Part shown: piece by piece, positions 10,601 to 20,085 of the stretch
How the letters are laid out: every line of letters starts with the position of its first letter
Position numbering within the stretch: the stretch's first letter is position 1
NCBI GenBank assembly: GCA_045658205.1
Contig: JAZOUM010000036.1
Span: forward strand, 1 to 63,292
Length of the DNA: 63,292 nucleotides
Reading direction: 5' to 3'
Origin: Eubacteriales bacterium
GTDB lineage: Bacteria; Bacillota; Clostridia; Oscillospirales; CAG-272
Notes under the pieces: generated by a model
Told to the model about the DNA's origin: nothing
Database searches by the model: none
The model's input: the letters and a program-made list of their open reading frames with translations, nothing else
Translations under genes and position numbers: made by a program

Positions 10601-11061
10601 ACGTATTCGCCGTTTATAATAACATAATAAGTGTGTTTGGCGTGTCCGTACTCACTGCATGTAGGATCCACCACATATACGTTTTCGGTGGCATCCATGC
10701 TTTGTGTTTTATTACATCCGGGGCGTGTGCAGTAATAGCGATACAAAGATACGTCGTCACGGATCTCAAAGACACCGTTAGTGTATGCATACGCATGACC
10801 GAGAGCATCAAGCTCCTCGCTCTTATATTCACCGCAGGTACAAGATCTCTTTCTCTCTCCCACACTCGCGCAGGTAGGCTCGGTGACCGTCTGCCATTCA
10901 GAGAAGTAACATACGTGCTCGGATTCGTTGCTGTCATCGTTATTCTTATTTCCAAGACAGCTTATAAGTATAATCGTCAATGCAATGAGTAATGCTGCGC
11001 ATACGGAAATCAGGATGATCAGCTTTTTCTTTTTATCCATTATGTTTTCTTGGTTATCCAT
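7666..11061 (-). CDS. large cell-surface lipoprotein: seven tandem Cys-containing modules plus C-terminal BspA-type leucine-rich repeats
   Basis: N-terminal K-rich segment plus hydrophobic segment ending in LISC (lipobox-like). Seven modules of about 70 aa each (see finding). The C-terminal half has repeated '...AF..C..L..I.IP..V..IG..AF...' units typical of BspA-like LRRs. Confidence 0.8.
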   Translation of the reverse strand: MDNQENIMDKKKKLIILISVCAALLIALTIILISCLGNKNNDDSNESEHVCYFSEWQTVTEPTCASVGERKRSCTCGEYKSEELDALGHAYAYTNGVFEIRDDVSLYRYYCTRPGCNKTQSMDATENVYVVDPTCSEYGHAKHTYYVIINGEYVEEVYENDIDPLNHSFNNAAGKWTWNGYGAATYTLSCTRCNAYTETYTATMSENVTNATCVANGVNVHTASVELAGATYTDSKNEILYKTAHVYDYDNGVWTWNGTRATYTVYCTYDLSHSDSVSANATVTSVAPDCENDGHEGYAATVSIGGKSYTGYSGTTTPALSHDYDLDNITWEVDGDEAYMVLVCLRDSNHVLKIDAEMSVTTTLAPTCENDGEGVRDLSATYNDNTYTFSENLILNALGHEIDIEKGVWTWDGTAGATFSAICTRGEAHTAEYSALSDKSYAAPDCINEGYELYTVTVLVNGIEIYDEKEITLDPLGHNYVITNVEWNYEGTVSAKISVTCQNDYRHENSGIEFAEATITTEPTCTRDGALVYTVEVEIESQKFSDSVTDIAEKLGHNFINGSCSRCNTPTYSEGLEFVLNSKKTGYILSSKGSFNGSILSIPSTYNGLPVVEIADSAFKENGVIAEIWLSENLTYVGADAFSHCASLKKISFADTDTSLNIGSYAFYYCKSLTELDIPSYVTNVKESAFGECSSLETIRVAAEQLYNSSFHGMSALRTLELKEGIKYIGNAFSGNFAIFSVTLPSTLTALGNNPFDTMRVIEVKNLSSVSIQPNLASAYNFYRYLKNVYTDTQGQSYLSYDGNLAFYNDGTNRYFMGCVDKVEYLYLPDYLDGYSYDIYYYAFSDIDFGEEPLYLPDGVRNIYGYAARWNDTLKVVFGGKNVEMIDAYAFQECGNLMSFTVGSKVNKIGSDAFSNCFKLYDVVNHSLLNIEKGKYGHGCIAVYAIDVTTDPTAEPAIFIDDGFAFYYRNNVAYLVGYYGEGDDAVEGQLTLPDGFNDEFYEIYKQALTGVEGIHKIKLSGAVTAIGYRAFSDSVDTVEIPALSALKRIDDEAFLHTTITSIFLPSELEYIGKNVFPESITQIDFADPDGWYIETIGSTKVDPEKLGDPTLAAQYFKGHKTYDFKKVENEE

Positions 11062-11080
11062 TCTATCTTCCTTTTTACTG

Positions 11081-14000
11081 TCATATTTTTACGTCAAGTG
11101 TTTCACCTAGAGGCAACGAATACACCTCTACGGTCTTTGGGCGCTTACCAAACATAAGCTCGATAGCCTTTGCATAATACGAGAGCTGCAAGGAGTGCTT
11201 TTCACACATCTTACGTCTTGCAAGCTCACGATCTACAAGCTCCTCTTTAGTAAGTCGGTCCGTCTTGTAGTCTATAAGGTGAAGCTCTCCTTCGGGATCC
11301 TCGTACATACAGTCGATAACACCCTGCACGAGCACGTGCTCATCCTTATAAAGCTCACGCAGCTCATCATCGGTGGTAAAGTCTCGGGCATTTAACTTAA
11401 CGTTAAATCTAAACTCACGATACAGCTTTTTAGCGCCAAGCATATCAGAGATAAGCTTGGACTTAGCAAACGCGTCAGCCTCTCTGAGTCTCACGAGCGA
11501 AGCGTCCTTTTCGGATAGGAATCCATCCTTTGTAAGAGCGGCAAGTTCCTCCTTTGCGCCGTGCTTTGCGAGTCTTTCCAAATTACAGAACTGCAAGAGC
11601 ATATGCGTAGCGATACCGCGCTCCGCGCTCAGACTCTCCGTATTCGGAGAACGGAATTTAGGGAGATACCCTCTCTTTTCCTCATTCTCATCCTCGCCGT
11701 CATCGAGCTTGACCGCAAACTCATCGCTACCGTCAAGAATAGCGGGATAAAGCCTCGAAACCGAGAGCTTACCCGGCAGACGTGTAAGATGTGAGTCCGG
11801 ATACTCAAAGCTAAAGCGAGCGACAAGCTCCTTTGTAAGCTCTTCTGAGTCATCTGTTTCTATAGAGATCTCACCCTCACCGAAACCTTCTTGTATCAAT
11901 TCTGCATTTACGTCAACTTCCGGCTTAGCATTTGAAATCGCATCAAGCGCACCATCGGTAAAGACAATCGGTGGATCCTTTAAAAACTCCGAAGGACTCT
12001 TGACGTCAAACTCCTTCATATCAAGTATCATACGTAGGAGCGAGGGTACGTTATATACCGAGTATTCCGACATATATTCTCTCGACGCCGCGATCTCCTC
12101 CATAAGATCATCGACCTTAGACTTGACCTGTCCGACGACATAGAGTCTCTCCCTTGCTCTGGTGAGGATAACGTAAAGGACTCGAGCCTCTTCCTCTATC
12201 TTCTTTCTATGTCTGTGATGGAGGATAATATTCTTGGTTGAGTTTTTAACAAGAGCAAGTCCCGAGTCGGTACGTAAAAACATACCCATACCAAAGCCTT
12301 CCTCATATTCAAATCTCTTTTCCTCGCCAACTCCGTGACTCTGATTGAAGCTCGATGATCCCCCCGCAAAGAACACGATAGGGTACTCAAGACCCTTTGA
12401 GCCGTGCGCAGTTATAATTCTCACGGCATCACATTCACTCGGCGCCTCTCTCTTATCAAAATCGCTTTCCCTACCGGTAAGCTGATTGATATAGCTAATG
12501 AAATTATAAAGTCCCTTGAACGAACCGGACTCGAACTTTCTCGCATGCTCGTAAAGGAGCATAAGGTTGTCCTTACTTTCCTTTTTATTCGAGGAAAGAG
12601 CTAAAAGTCCTGTCTCGTGATACAAGGTCATAAGCAGCTTATCCGTAGGCATACCCTCGGACATAAGTCTATATCTCGCTATTTTATCAAGGAATTTCTT
12701 AACACGCTCCCCATTTTCACTCTCTTCAGTATATTTAACCAAAGAATCATACAAGGTATCCGCCGGCGCCAGCTTTCGTATCAAAGCAACGTCGCCGAGA
12801 GTGAAGCCGAAAATAGGAGACGCCATAAGTCCGGCGAGATACACGTCCTTGTGAGGATTGTCTATAGCATTGAGCAGACACAATACAAGCAAGACGTCTG
12901 AGTTAATAAAGAAACGTTCGGTCTCTGCCATTGCGGCGGGAATACCAAGTCTTTCAAGGGCTCTCGCGTATCTTTCGCCCTTCCCCTTTACGTTTCTCAT
13001 TATTATGGCTATGTGCCTCGGCTGTATCCTCTCACCGTTATCAAGTCTGCCATCGTCAATCAACTCCTTGATCTTCCTTGCGACTACCTCAGGTACTAGA
13101 TCTGCCGCCTCATCGATAAGCGCGGCTCTCGGATCCGACTTTGGTATCTGAGGCACAAGGCATATCTCGGGATATGCGTACTCGGGCTTCGGGTGGTCAT
13201 ACCCCTTTGAGAACTTTAATCTATCATCCTCAACGTACCCGATGCTGTCGCGAAGATAATAGAAGAGTCTGTCAAACACGTCGTTTACAAAATCAATGAC
13301 ACCCTCATCGCATCGGAAATTATTGGACATAAAGATGGATGCGGCGGGAAAATCTCCTACCGTACCAAGAGGCGCAAAGCTCTTTTTCATATCCGCAAAA
13401 ATAGTAGGATTTGCGCTTCTGAACTCATAGATACTCTGCTTTATATCGCCTACCATAAACCTATTGGTATCGGTAGATATTGCCTCAAATATTTTGTTCT
13501 GCAGGCTGTTTACGTCCTGATACTCATCTATATACACAGCTCGGAACAGCTTCGCCTGAGCCAAGGCAATGTCGGTTTTCTCACCGTTGTGCCACAAGCA
13601 CTCGTAGGTGTAGCGCTCAACGTCGGAAAACTCGCACATACCGCGTCTTATCTTTTCCTGACGGAAAAGCCTATCAAATTCACTGACCACGCGATATAAA
13701 ACGTCAAACTGCTTATATAGCCCAGCGTACGCTATTTTCCACTCCTCTGCGCTATGCTTAAAGAAACGTTCCGTAAGCTCGGTTATCTCTTCCTTGAAGG
13801 CTTTCCTTATAATTGAAATCGGTGGCAACGCGTCTTTTTTTGACACGGACGCCGCCTTTTTGAATTCATACCCATTAAGAAGAGTGTGTATTTCCTCGTA
13901 GGATCTCATTGACGACAGCTCCTTTATAAGCGAGAGAGCATCGTCTATCATCTCTATTATCTTCGTATGCTTAGGATCGCCCACCGACTCTATCTCACGC

Positions 14001-14725
14001 TTTATATCGGTAAATACTGACATATAGTGAGACAAAAGCTCGCCGAGTCTTGCCATGGCGTATTCGCCAAATCCCGTCTTTTCCACACTCGTGAATTTCT
14101 CGGGATCAAATTCACCTACAAGATTTCCGAGTGCGCCCACACCCTCAAGCGCGTTGAGAGTCGAGGAATATATCATACTGATTATAGCGGGCAGCTCACT
14201 CTGCTTTCTTGCCTGTGCAAGACAGTCGGTAAGCAAGTCAAGCTCCTTGGGAGTTGCCACGTGCATAGCCTCTCCCTCGTATATGGACTCAAGCAGACCG
14301 TCCAGTATATTTTCCGCAAGGAGCTGCGCCTCCGCTCCGTCCGGAACGCGGAATGATGGACTGATGCCTACGCGCTCGGCATTAGCTCTTAAGATATCCG
14401 CGCAAAACGCGTCTATCGTGCTTATCCTTGCGCTCGGAAGCATATAAAGCTGTCTTTCAAGGCGCTCGTCATCCGGGCGCTGCTTTATCGCATCCTTGAC
14501 TGCCTTGCCTATTCTCTCGCGCAATTCACCAACGGCGGCGCGGGTATAGGTAACGATGAGCATATCCTCTATATTGATCGGATTCTCCTCGTCAAGTATT
14601 GATTTTATTATTCTTTCGGTCAGAGTAGCGGTTTTTCCCGAGCCTGCGGCGGCGGATACGAGCAGAGTTCTGTCTCTTGTATTTATGGCCGCCCTTTGGC
14701 TATCTGTCCATTCTCTTTTTCCCAT
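11081..14725 (-). CDS. addA: ATP-dependent helicase/nuclease AddA-type (UvrD/Rep helicase plus RecB-family nuclease)
   Basis: Walker A AAAGSGKTATL, helicase motifs (VDEYQDVN), and a C-terminal nuclease motif GVIDCMYED...LIDYKTD. The ATG at 14725 follows GGGTGA. The track's TTG at 14743 overlaps the truB stop. Confidence 0.9.
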   Translation of the reverse strand: MGKREWTDSQRAAINTRDRTLLVSAAAGSGKTATLTERIIKSILDEENPINIEDMLIVTYTRAAVGELRERIGKAVKDAIKQRPDDERLERQLYMLPSARISTIDAFCADILRANAERVGISPSFRVPDGAEAQLLAENILDGLLESIYEGEAMHVATPKELDLLTDCLAQARKQSELPAIISMIYSSTLNALEGVGALGNLVGEFDPEKFTSVEKTGFGEYAMARLGELLSHYMSVFTDIKREIESVGDPKHTKIIEMIDDALSLIKELSSMRSYEEIHTLLNGYEFKKAASVSKKDALPPISIIRKAFKEEITELTERFFKHSAEEWKIAYAGLYKQFDVLYRVVSEFDRLFRQEKIRRGMCEFSDVERYTYECLWHNGEKTDIALAQAKLFRAVYIDEYQDVNSLQNKIFEAISTDTNRFMVGDIKQSIYEFRSANPTIFADMKKSFAPLGTVGDFPAASIFMSNNFRCDEGVIDFVNDVFDRLFYYLRDSIGYVEDDRLKFSKGYDHPKPEYAYPEICLVPQIPKSDPRAALIDEAADLVPEVVARKIKELIDDGRLDNGERIQPRHIAIIMRNVKGKGERYARALERLGIPAAMAETERFFINSDVLLVLCLLNAIDNPHKDVYLAGLMASPIFGFTLGDVALIRKLAPADTLYDSLVKYTEESENGERVKKFLDKIARYRLMSEGMPTDKLLMTLYHETGLLALSSNKKESKDNLMLLYEHARKFESGSFKGLYNFISYINQLTGRESDFDKREAPSECDAVRIITAHGSKGLEYPIVFFAGGSSSFNQSHGVGEEKRFEYEEGFGMGMFLRTDSGLALVKNSTKNIILHHRHRKKIEEEARVLYVILTRARERLYVVGQVKSKVDDLMEEIAASREYMSEYSVYNVPSLLRMILDMKEFDVKSPSEFLKDPPIVFTDGALDAISNAKPEVDVNAELIQEGFGEGEISIETDDSEELTKELVARFSFEYPDSHLTRLPGKLSVSRLYPAILDGSDEFAVKLDDGEDENEEKRGYLPKFRSPNTESLSAERGIATHMLLQFCNLERLAKHGAKEELAALTKDGFLSEKDASLVRLREADAFAKSKLISDMLGAKKLYREFRFNVKLNARDFTTDDELRELYKDEHVLVQGVIDCMYEDPEGELHLIDYKTDRLTKEELVDRELARRKMCEKHSLQLSYYAKAIELMFGKRPKTVEVYSLPLGETLDVKI

Positions 14726-14739
14726 ACGTTCACCCTTGA

Positions 14740-15639
14740 TCAAAATTGTCTTATAGGCTTTATCGCGAGTCCGTCCTCAAATTCTCTTACCTCTCCGACG
14801 GCAAAGAAGCCGTTTGAGTCCGCAATTCTTACCACGTCCCCAACCTTAAAGCTTCTTTTTATCTTATGAAGATATATCTCAAGTCCCGATTTCGCAAGTC
14901 TTGCAAAAAAGTCGGGAAGAACGACAAGCTCGTATTTTTTAAACACGTCCTCAACGGGATATACCAAGGAAAGTCTATCATCCTCGCTCATATTTTCAAG
15001 CTCGGTAAGCGTTTTCGCCTCATTGATAGTGTAACCCGATGCGGAAAGTCTCTTGAGAGTTTTCATAGCGCCGCCAACCTTAAGAGTATTGCCGATATCC
15101 GCGCAAAGAGTTCTTATATACGTCCCCTTCGAACATACGACGTCAAGATAGTATTCTCTGTCGTTTATCCTTTTTGCGTCAATGGAATAAACCGTCACAG
15201 GCCTTGCCTCTCGCTCTATAACCTCTCCGCGTCTTGCAAGATCACACAGCTTTTTACCACCGACCTTAAGAGCTGAATACATAGGGGGAGTTTGCATTAT
15301 CTCGCCCACAAAGGTGGATATTACCCTAAGGACCTCTTCTTCAGGAATATTGACCTCGCATTCGCTGAGTACAGAGCCCGTCACGTCCTCGGTATCCGTC
15401 GTGATGCCGAGCAAAAGAGTTGCGCCGTAATGCTTCTCGGACGTGAGCATAAATTCACTCGCCTTAACGCCTCTGCCGATAAGCACAGGCAACACGCCCG
15501 TAGCCATAGGATCAAGAGTGCCGGTGTGTCCCGCCTTCGCCGCTCCGAATATTCTTTTTACTCGGTTTACAACACCCTGCGAGGTTATCCCCTCTTCTTT
15601 ATTCACGATTACAAGTCCGGAAATTTCTCTTTTATCCAT
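14740..15639 (-). CDS. truB: tRNA pseudouridine(55) synthase
   Basis: GHTGTLDPMATGVLPV catalytic motif and a C-terminal PUA-like region. Confidence 0.95.
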   Translation of the reverse strand: MDKREISGLVIVNKEEGITSQGVVNRVKRIFGAAKAGHTGTLDPMATGVLPVLIGRGVKASEFMLTSEKHYGATLLLGITTDTEDVTGSVLSECEVNIPEEEVLRVISTFVGEIMQTPPMYSALKVGGKKLCDLARRGEVIEREARPVTVYSIDAKRINDREYYLDVVCSKGTYIRTLCADIGNTLKVGGAMKTLKRLSASGYTINEAKTLTELENMSEDDRLSLVYPVEDVFKKYELVVLPDFFARLAKSGLEIYLHKIKRSFKVGDVVRIADSNGFFAVGEVREFEDGLAIKPIRQF

Positions 15640-15846
15640 AAGGCGTATCTCCTAAAATATTTCTTATAAACATTTTAACATATTTTATTTTAAATTTCAA
15701 CCTAAAAAACAAAGCGAGTAATATATTCTTTCTCCTTCAAAAATATTCGGTTAATATATCGCATAAACCACGCTGTTATCGCATAATGCGTCACTCCACG
15801 CGGCGTTTTTTTCTCATTCTTGAAAAAGCTACCGTATGATCACCCA

Positions 15847-15867
15847 ATCGACACCAAAGCCTCGACA
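15847..15867. promoter_or_regulatory. two near-consensus Spo0A boxes upstream of spoIIE
   Basis: ATCGACA (15847-15853) and CTCGACA (15861-15867) are reverse complements of TGTCGAT and TGTCGAG, each 6/7 to the 0A box TGTCGAA. They lie about 110-130 nt upstream of the spoIIE ATG. Confidence 0.25.
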
Positions 15868-15976
15868 AAAAAATCAAAGGAGTATGAGTAGAATAGACGT
15901 AAAGGAAGCTAATGCGTCGCAGTAGTAAAGGCTGTTGCGACAAAAATAGAGTTCCCATTATGAAAGGAGTTTAAAT

Positions 15977-18403
15977 ATGGAGAAAACTAACCGCAAGGAA
16001 GCGGTAGAAAAAAGAGGCGCGAGATCGGGCGCGATAATAGGCACTATCAAGCACTCTATCGAGGAAGCTAAAAAGAAACGAGAGGCTCCTCTTCTTGACG
16101 TAATAACCTTCTTTATCGCCTTCATATTTTCAAGATGCCACGTGATATTTGGCGCTCATCCGCTCGCAATAGCTTTTATCGCCGTGTTGCCCACAAGAGT
16201 ATGGATAGCAGTCCTCGGCGCTATATCCGGCGCTCTCACACTTGGTAAAGCGGGAATAATCTACTCTATGATCTCGGTAATAGTAGTATTTTTAAGGATC
16301 ATAGTATCGGGAAGCGAAAAGGACGATACAGAAAGAAAATATCTTAAATGGTTTTCTGAAGGTCTATTGCTCAAAATGTCCGCTTCCGTAATAGGCGGAT
16401 TTATTGCCGCCGCCTACGAGGTGCTATTATCCGGTTTTACCTTGACAACCGTATTCTTCGGACTTTCCATGACGCTCTTGCCTCCGCTTACAGTATTCGT
16501 ATTGTCGGGATTGTTTGAGGCAAATATAAGTCTTTACTCTCTATTTGATAGCTCAACAGTAGTCTTTTCCGAAAGAAAAAGTAGCGATAAAGACAAGTTT
16601 AATTTACTTTTCTTTAAGCTTTCTTCTCTTCTAATGATGTTCCTTATATCCATCTCCTTAAAGGAATATGAGCTACTCGGAATCTCTTTAGCCTATATTT
16701 TCTCATCCTCGGCGACACTTATCGTTTCTCGTAGATTTGGAATACTTTACGGGTGTATCACGGGATTTGTATCTTCATTCGGTTTATCCAGCACACTTTC
16801 CGTAGCCTTCGCTCTCGCGGGAATTGGCGCCGGTGGTCTTTTCGGCCTCGGGCTTACCTACGGAATAATCGGTGGCGGCGCTCTGCTCGGAGCATGGGCG
16901 GTATACGCCGAGTCGCTCAAGGGTATCCTATCCATTCTCCCTGAATATGCCATATCTGCTCTCACGGTATTCCCTATCCTTAAAAGGCTTTCGCAGGAGA
17001 AAACCGCAACGGAATGCGAGGAGATAGAAAAGAGCGCGCTCGATATGGTAGGTACCGTAGCGCTTTCGTACAGAAATAAATATCGCGGAAATCTCTCAGC
17101 TCTTGAAATGTCGCTGTCGGCTATGTCATCATCAATAAAAAAATACAACGAGACTTCAAGCGCGCCTTCAAGAGAGGAACTGTGCGATCTTATACTTGAA
17201 TGCTCTGACAAATACTGTCACGCTTGTGACGGAAGGGGAGCGTGTATGACAAAGGGAGATCAACGCTTTGTCGATCACGTCAACGAGCTTGCGGACATAC
17301 TCTATAAAAACGGTAGGATAAACGCGAGTGACCTGAACGCTTATCCGGAATACTGTCACCTCTCCCCAAATATAGCCGAAGCAATCAACAGAGGCGCGGC
17401 GATACTTTCCGAGGAAAGATTCCGAGAGATGAAAAAGGACACCTCATCAGAGGATCTGGGAATTATCGCCAAGCTGATAAATGAAGCTCGAATAGACGAT
17501 GAAAAAGAAAAGGCGCTTAACGAATCTCTTTCCGAAAGACTTGGCGACGTTATGCTTGACGCTGGACTTGCCGATGGAGTTATACGCGCCTTTGGAGAGC
17601 GAAAACCATACTTTATCCTTGCCGCAGAGGATGAAACCGGCACAAAGATCACAGCCCCCGAATTAAAAAAGAACATAGAAGCAATCGCGGGTGTACGGCT
17701 ATCAACTCCTGACTTTTATCGCCGTGGCAAAATGGCGCTTATGGAGTGCGCAAGTGAAAAGTCCTATGCCGCGGAGTGCGCCGTTTCATCAATCGCGAGT
17801 GAACGCGAGGAGATCTCAGGTGACACGGCTACCGCCTTTGAGTCAGAAAGCGGATATTTCTACGCGCTGATCTCTGACGGAATGGGCAGTGGCAAGGAAG
17901 CGAAGGATACCTCGTCTCTCGTCGCGGATTTTCTTACACGAGCGCTCAACTTCAACCCTGAGGGACAAACGGTTCTTAAGATCCTCAACCTCACCATACG
18001 TCACAAACGAAGAGAATGCTCAGCTACGGTCGACCTATTTTCCGTCGATTTGTACCGAGGAGACGCCGAGTTTTTAAAAAGCGGAGCAGCAGCCTCATAC
18101 GTAAAGCGAGGCTCATCGATATTCAGGATAAAGTCAAAAACGGCTCCGTTAGGTCTTATGCGTAACGTCGATGCTGAAAAAATTAAAATCGAGCTTGAAG
18201 GCGACGATTACATCATTATGCTCTCAGACGGTATCGCGCAGAGTGCGGAGGACACGCCCTGGCTACTCGACCTTTTATCAAAGCCTCCAAAACGCAATCT
18301 GAAGGAATATGCCGACGCTATCCTCGCTTCAGCGCTCAAAAATCTTCCGCACACAGACGATATGACGGTGCTTGTGACAAGAGTTATTAAAACTAAGGAT
18401 TGA
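15977..18403 (+). CDS. spoIIE: stage II sporulation protein E (membrane PP2C phosphatase)
   Basis: About 10 N-terminal TM segments, a central regulatory region, and a C-terminal PP2C domain (ALISDGMGSG ... IMLSDGI ... DDMTVL). Confidence 0.9.
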   Translation: MEKTNRKEAVEKRGARSGAIIGTIKHSIEEAKKKREAPLLDVITFFIAFIFSRCHVIFGAHPLAIAFIAVLPTRVWIAVLGAISGALTLGKAGIIYSMISVIVVFLRIIVSGSEKDDTERKYLKWFSEGLLLKMSASVIGGFIAAAYEVLLSGFTLTTVFFGLSMTLLPPLTVFVLSGLFEANISLYSLFDSSTVVFSERKSSDKDKFNLLFFKLSSLLMMFLISISLKEYELLGISLAYIFSSSATLIVSRRFGILYGCITGFVSSFGLSSTLSVAFALAGIGAGGLFGLGLTYGIIGGGALLGAWAVYAESLKGILSILPEYAISALTVFPILKRLSQEKTATECEEIEKSALDMVGTVALSYRNKYRGNLSALEMSLSAMSSSIKKYNETSSAPSREELCDLILECSDKYCHACDGRGACMTKGDQRFVDHVNELADILYKNGRINASDLNAYPEYCHLSPNIAEAINRGAAILSEERFREMKKDTSSEDLGIIAKLINEARIDDEKEKALNESLSERLGDVMLDAGLADGVIRAFGERKPYFILAAEDETGTKITAPELKKNIEAIAGVRLSTPDFYRRGKMALMECASEKSYAAECAVSSIASEREEISGDTATAFESESGYFYALISDGMGSGKEAKDTSSLVADFLTRALNFNPEGQTVLKILNLTIRHKRRECSATVDLFSVDLYRGDAEFLKSGAAASYVKRGSSIFRIKSKTAPLGLMRNVDAEKIKIELEGDDYIIMLSDGIAQSAEDTPWLLDLLSKPPKRNLKEYADAILASALKNLPHTDDMTVLVTRVIKTKD

Positions 18404-18525
18404 TAATTATCGAATGCCAACCCGAATTAAACTCACCTAAAGGCGGATAAATCTGCGCATTTTCGAGTATTCTCTCTTGTAAAGCAATTACACCGCCTTT
18501 TGTTGTATCAGTTTTTTTCATAAAG

Positions 18526-18568
18526 AAAAAGGTAATACCGCTTTTTCAAGTAGGTATTACCTTTTATT
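18526..18568. terminator. bidirectional terminator between convergent spoIIE and the protease gene
   Basis: AAAAAGGTAATACC ... GGTATTACCTTTT hairpin. Confidence 0.7.
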
Positions 18569-18570
18569 AT

Positions 18571-19839
18571 TTACTTTATCGCGGTTAAAGCGCTTTCGGT
18601 AATCTCAATGCTGAGATCTATACTTTCACCGCCGCGCGTAACGTTAACTATAACTACGGATCCTACCCTTGCGTTGAGCATAGAGTCCGTAACGATATAC
18701 ATTCGGTTAACGTCGTATTTAGTGCCGTCAACAGTAATGGAGTTGATAAGATCGCCTTCCTTTAAAACGCCGTCGGCAAGACTTCCTCTCTCTATCGAAA
18801 CAACGCTTATTTCCTCGCGTTTAAGCACCTTACCGCTCTCTTTATCGTACACGGTATACAGCTTACTTGCGCTAACGGTAATACCGAGATAGCATCTATA
18901 AACGTTCTCGTGTATCGTTCCATCACAGTAATGAAGAATATTTTCCGCTACGTATTTTACGAAATTCGAGGGAATCGCATAGCTCATATTTTCGCTGCTT
19001 GTCAGCTTTGCGTTTACTATGCCGATCAATTCTCCCTTATTATTGAAAAGACCGCCACCGGAGTTGCCGCTGTTTACCGCGGTATCCATTCTCATAACTC
19101 GAAGCTGTATAGCCGTCGCTCCGTCCGCACCCTCCATTTGTATATACTCACTATCCACATTGACGTATCCGAGAGTCGCCGATATACCGAGATCCTCAGG
19201 ATTTCCCACAGCTATCGCCTGGTCAAGCACGGCTACATTGTTTGAGTCGGCAAGGGTAACTGCCACCGCGTTGCTCTCGGCAAGTACACGGCTACCGCTT
19301 ATCTTAAGAATCGCGAGATCGTAGTTCATAGATCCACCGACATAGGTCGCAGGGATCGCATAAGTATCGCTCTCCTGACCGTAAAGGTATACACGGATAT
19401 CGTCGCTTATACCGTTTTCGGTATTGGACTGGTGGTTGTATACCACGTGATAATTCGTGATGACGTACGCGTCTCCGTTATATTTATCGAGCTTATAGAT
19501 AACTCCTGAGCCTGCAGAGGTCTTCTCTTTCGTGGTAAGCCCCGGCTGATACACCGAGCCGTAAGACGTAGTCTTAAATACGCACTTTACGCTTACCGCG
19601 GACAAAAGAGCCTTACCTGCCGCCGCATGATCCTGTATCACCCCATTGATGGTGACGTCATAGTTATCTCCGCCCTCTACGGTAACGTTTCCGCTAAGGC
19701 TGTTGTTTATCATCTGCTGAAGCTCAGCGCGCGTTAAGTAATCAGTGTTTGCCGTAGAAAGCGCAAAGCATGACGTTAACGCAGTCGCTATCAGAGCCAT
19801 CGCGAGAATCAAAGCTGATATTTTGATTTTCTTATTCAT
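18571..19839 (-). CDS. trypsin-like (S1C/HtrA-type) serine protease, lipoprotein, with C-terminal PDZ-like region
   Basis: GNSGGGLFN active-site serine motif and VITNYHVV His region. MNKKIKISALILAMALIATALTSC looks like a lipoprotein signal peptide. The ATG at 19839 follows ACGGAG. The track start at 19896 adds 19 unlikely residues. Confidence 0.85.
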   Translation of the reverse strand: MNKKIKISALILAMALIATALTSCFALSTANTDYLTRAELQQMINNSLSGNVTVEGGDNYDVTINGVIQDHAAAGKALLSAVSVKCVFKTTSYGSVYQPGLTTKEKTSAGSGVIYKLDKYNGDAYVITNYHVVYNHQSNTENGISDDIRVYLYGQESDTYAIPATYVGGSMNYDLAILKISGSRVLAESNAVAVTLADSNNVAVLDQAIAVGNPEDLGISATLGYVNVDSEYIQMEGADGATAIQLRVMRMDTAVNSGNSGGGLFNNKGELIGIVNAKLTSSENMSYAIPSNFVKYVAENILHYCDGTIHENVYRCYLGITVSASKLYTVYDKESGKVLKREEISVVSIERGSLADGVLKEGDLINSITVDGTKYDVNRMYIVTDSMLNARVGSVVIVNVTRGGESIDLSIEITESALTAIK

Positions 19840-20025
19840 AAGAACTCCGTTTCTATGGTACTTCAATTTGATAAGTAGCTCGTAGATAATAAGCAAATTT
19901 CAAGTTATACGCTTATATTATATATCCTTTTTATTAAGATATTGTTACCAAAAAGAGAAAAATGATTAAATTTACAGCATAAAAGTAACAAAATCAAAGT
20001 GTAAGCTTTACTGCTACGGTTATAT

Positions 20026-20082
20026 AAAACAAAGAGGTTGAGCCACGCGCTTGATTTAAAGCTTCACCCAACCTCTTGTTAT
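20026..20082 (-). terminator. probable terminator after the THUMP methyltransferase gene
   Basis: AACAAAGAGGTTG ... CAACCTCTTGTT imperfect hairpin with a long loop. Confidence 0.4.
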
Positions 20083-20085
20083 ATT

